A DNA stretch of 61,040 bases, the filler included. It is 13 parts of 13 records of this genome, joined end to end, with 100 filler letters (N's around TTAATTAATTAA, not from the genome) between each part and the next. Parts side by side here need not be neighbours in the genome. Positions count along the whole stretch, not along the records: positions 57,459 to 61,040 come from SRR15195285_4552; 12 more parts are not named here. One strand, given 5' to 3'. A program made the translations under genes and the position numbers. How positions within the stretch are numbered: the first letter of the stretch is position 1; each line of letters opens with the position of its first letter. Below, piece by piece: positions 57,974 to 61,040 of the stretch. The notes below the pieces were generated by a model. It saw only the letters and a program-made list of their open reading frames with translations. It ran no database searches and was not told the DNA's origin.

Positions 57974-60944
57974 TTATTCTGGAGTGCCCACAAACTTGAG
58001 CTGTTGAATGCTCGATTGAGAAAAGTGAATGACGCGCCGAGACACGATAGCAGCCGCCTCCTTGCTTGGGTGTGGCACTAGGCAAGTCACAGCGACATCT
58101 TCGCCTGCCGCTCCTGACACCATTACTCGGAGGGAAGAATTGCTCACCTCAATGTTGGTGAAGCGTTGCCGGCTAAGAGATGCGTATTTGTCCATTTCTC
58201 CTAGGAAGGCAAAACCTGCCTGTATCGGCACTACTGTTACAAGCTGCGGGTCAAACACCTGCAACGATGGGTCGCCAACTTCGAAAAGAGCTTGATTGTT
58301 TGCCGCTTGCATCGCGACTGCACGGTGCGTGCAGCTACTGCCGGGCTCGCCGTCTTTGCAGCGTGGTTCATGCCATTCGCGATAGACTAGCTCTACTCCA
58401 GATGAAGTACTGCCGTTGCTTTCATCTGGCACACCAAAATGCAACGGTGGCCAAAAGTCTCTTGCTTGCACACTAAACGGCTGTGTCGCGAGACTGTGCG
58501 CCAAAAAGTACCATGCCCACTGCAACTGCTCGAATTCCGGTGGCTGCGCGGGAGGTCCAGGCAATGCACTACTCGAGAACGTGCCGAGGACAGTCGTACC
58601 CGAAGGTGAACACAGCTGCTGTCCACACTGCCCACCGGATATGGGCGCGGAACCACTCATATTAGTGCTCCTCTGACTCCCCTGTGATGCTTGGCAACAC
58701 TTTGTACTGACAAATGGGTTAGAAGCGGATCCATCCGGCGAGACGCCAAGGACTCGGTCTAAGACTGTAAGTGGTTTGGAAGGCTGCAGCAGCAATCCAT
58801 CCTTCCGCATGCATCGCGACAACAAGGCTTTATCAGTATTGCCAACGCTGTCAGATGGTTGTATCGGACCTGCAGTAAGCACGCCGTGCCTGCTGATTAA
58901 TCTGCAGCTAGCCAGAGGTTGCCTTATTTACTTTGGTACCAGTACAGTAAGGTATGTATGGCAAGCGTGCGCACTTACCCGTACTTAGCGCCGCAAGCAT
59001 CGAGTGCAACTCGCAGCCAGCGTCAGTGTGATCAGGTGGGCAGCCACTTGCTCCCCCACATTCGGGAGCGTGCACCTTTGCAATGGAGCTCTGGTTGTTC
59101 GTCCAGAAGGTATCCTTGCTCGGTGCTGCACCCAAAGCCCATACAAGCATCGAAGACCACCCTATGTCCTGCGCAATGTCACGATACATTCATAATTGCA
59201 ACTGTTGAAATGATTGTACAGGCCATGAACGATTAGAAACTTTATCTCACCCACGATGCACCATTTGCATAATCACCCGAGACACGGAAGTTTGTCGCTG
59301 CAGGCTGGTGCAAGCTCTGGAGAAGATTGGACGGCGTCGCCATACTAAACTGAATGGGTAGCTGCAGCTCCGCGGACGAAGACGTGAAGCCATCCAACCA
59401 TACGCTCGCAGCCGTAACGTTCGTCTGGAACTCTTGGATACAACCATACTGTTCTTCAAAGAAGTCTGACTCAAATGCAGCTAACCCGGCGCCAGGGCGA
59501 ACTGGATGTGTGTCGTTGCCGAAACCACGCTCGAACAACCAAGTGAAAAATTCATGCGCAGAGTCTGGCGCCACTATCCTAAAGTCAAAGGGCAATCTGG
59601 GAACGAGATTGCACCGTCCAAAGGCAGGCGGGAGGTATCCTGGGGAGGAGCTCAGGGCTGGCCACACGGATGTTTTCCTTTGCTCCCGCCCATTCAGGTC
59701 CGTAACAGGTGGAGACAAACCAAACAGCGAGCTGTCGTTGCAAAAGTACGGGACGTAGCCGTGAATCGGTGCCTTGAGCTGTTCCACGAAGGTTGGTAGG
59801 TCCATATCAAGTGCTTCGTTTGGCCGCAGATCGCTCACGCACCACATTGAGCTCCAGTTATTCTCAAACCTAAGCACCAGCCACCGCACAGCAAACGTAA
59901 TGATGGCGCAATGGTTTTGATGCAATAGATAGTGCTGGTATATCAAGGGCTCGAAACAGTATTCACAACACACCAAGAACCTTCAAAAGTGAGATAAGCC
60001 ATTGGAATGCCCAGTCTGTCCCAGCCATCTTTAACCGCCAACAGTGTCGTATCACAATGCTGTTTGCAGTAGCAGTACATCGCCCCATTGTCTGTGCTGT
60101 ACCCTAGCCTACGCAGCGTGATGTCGTACAGTTTTGTTGTGCCACGTTCCACCGCAGTGGCTTGCATTAACTGGCCGTACTCGTGCATGGTCTGTGTCAC
60201 ACCTGTTCCTTCGTGCAATAAAATTCGGTGTACAAATCCCGGAGGCACCCGTGCAACCGTCGCCGCCAGTCCCCATGCCGCAACAGCTGTCTTCCTATCA
60301 AAGGTGGTGTTGATCGCGGAGCTTGTCATGAAGTGGTCAAGGGGTGAGACGACCAAAACCGAGCTGAAGCGTGACGCAGCGAAAACTGCTGGGCCTCCGC
60401 TTGGGCCGAGCGTCAGTGAGTCGGCAGGCTGCATCGTGTCGTGCTCCCAGCTGAGGACTCGATCGTATCCGGCGAGTCGTAAGGAACTGCTACCAAATGC
60501 CGGAAACTGCGTACGCAACCCGTCTGGTGGCATTGCCTCTGAGAATACTGCTCCGTTCGGGAAGCTGTACGACAGCACAACACTGCGACTGCCCGGGTAG
60601 CTGCGGCAGCCAGTAACGAATGCCGTGCCATCTGTGGCTTGCCATGTCACTGTCACTCCCGTATAAGCACCAAGGCCTCGATCAACACCGTCAGTATTGA
60701 CGATCCGCGTCATATTGAGTCTCTGTCCCGCGCCCGCTGCCGTTGAAGACCAGCCTGTCGCGGTGGTGACGGCGATGGGGAGACCATGGATGATGGCATC
60801 ATCCGTGTAGGGCGTGAGCGATGTCGTCAGCAGATACTCACCTGTGCGGCTAAAATTACAGCGCAGGCACTTTGCAGCAGGGATCTTCAGCAGGACGATG
60901 AGTGAAAGAGTCGCGCTGAGACCTGTAGTCAACTGTGTCAACAT
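57974..60944 (-). CDS. Secreted uncharacterised glycoside hydrolase-like protein (clan GH-D / raffinose-synthase-like fold); 4 exons
   Basis: Signal peptide; LGYSTDNGAMY, FESDF, RVSGDY, PSKDTFWT, LSTGPIQPSD..DGLLLQPSKP. Introns at 59973-59870, 59250-59169 and 58978-58870. Confidence 0.6.
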
Positions 60945-61040
60945 CGATCGCGTCCCGGAAGATTTACCACAGCCGGCCGCGCGACGCGGACCGGGCGTCG
61001 TCCGCCGCGGCCGCCGCGGCGCCGGCGTCGGCGGCGCCGC

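Noticed and set aside
1-61040. tRNA, rRNA, CRISPR arrays, prokaryotic operons or an alternative genetic code
   Set aside because: None recognised. In-frame stops are explained by canonical introns, and TAA, TAG and TGA all terminate genes.

Overview
This window is not one locus. It is 13 short contigs joined by artificial 100-nt spacers (44 N + TTAATTAATTAA + 44 N). The DNA is eukaryotic: GC-rich and gene-dense, with short GT-AG spliceosomal introns (many GTGCG/GTACG donors), most likely from a single-cell or metagenomic assembly of a protist. About 19 genes can be modelled by hand: a GSTCD-like methyltransferase, a tandem ADF-H protein, a KCR-like SDR, a thioredoxin-fold protein, a class I methyltransferase, a PhyH dioxygenase, a KDM4-like demethylase, an RRM-pseudokinase-kinase, a secreted multi-lectin, a GH2 hydrolase, ARV1, two fragments of giant surface proteins, two EF-hand proteins, a DnaJ, a SLOG-SLATT membrane protein, a clan GH-D-like hydrolase and weak hypotheticals. 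Three observations stand out. (1) Four adjacent introns at 23284-23879 share an internal motif, one copy is inverted, and all sit at G|G sites, which is the signature of an introner (intron-generating transposon) family. (2) An intron-containing gene at 45353-48912 (-) fuses a TRPM-type SLOG (LSDAT) domain to two SLATT/DUF4231-like 2TM modules, the architecture of bacterial nucleotide-sensing conflict effectors. (3) A bacterial-type ribosomal protein uL1 subdomain is spliced in-frame into a GSTCD-like methyltransferase at 74-1979. All domain calls are motif recognition by eye; no searches were run.
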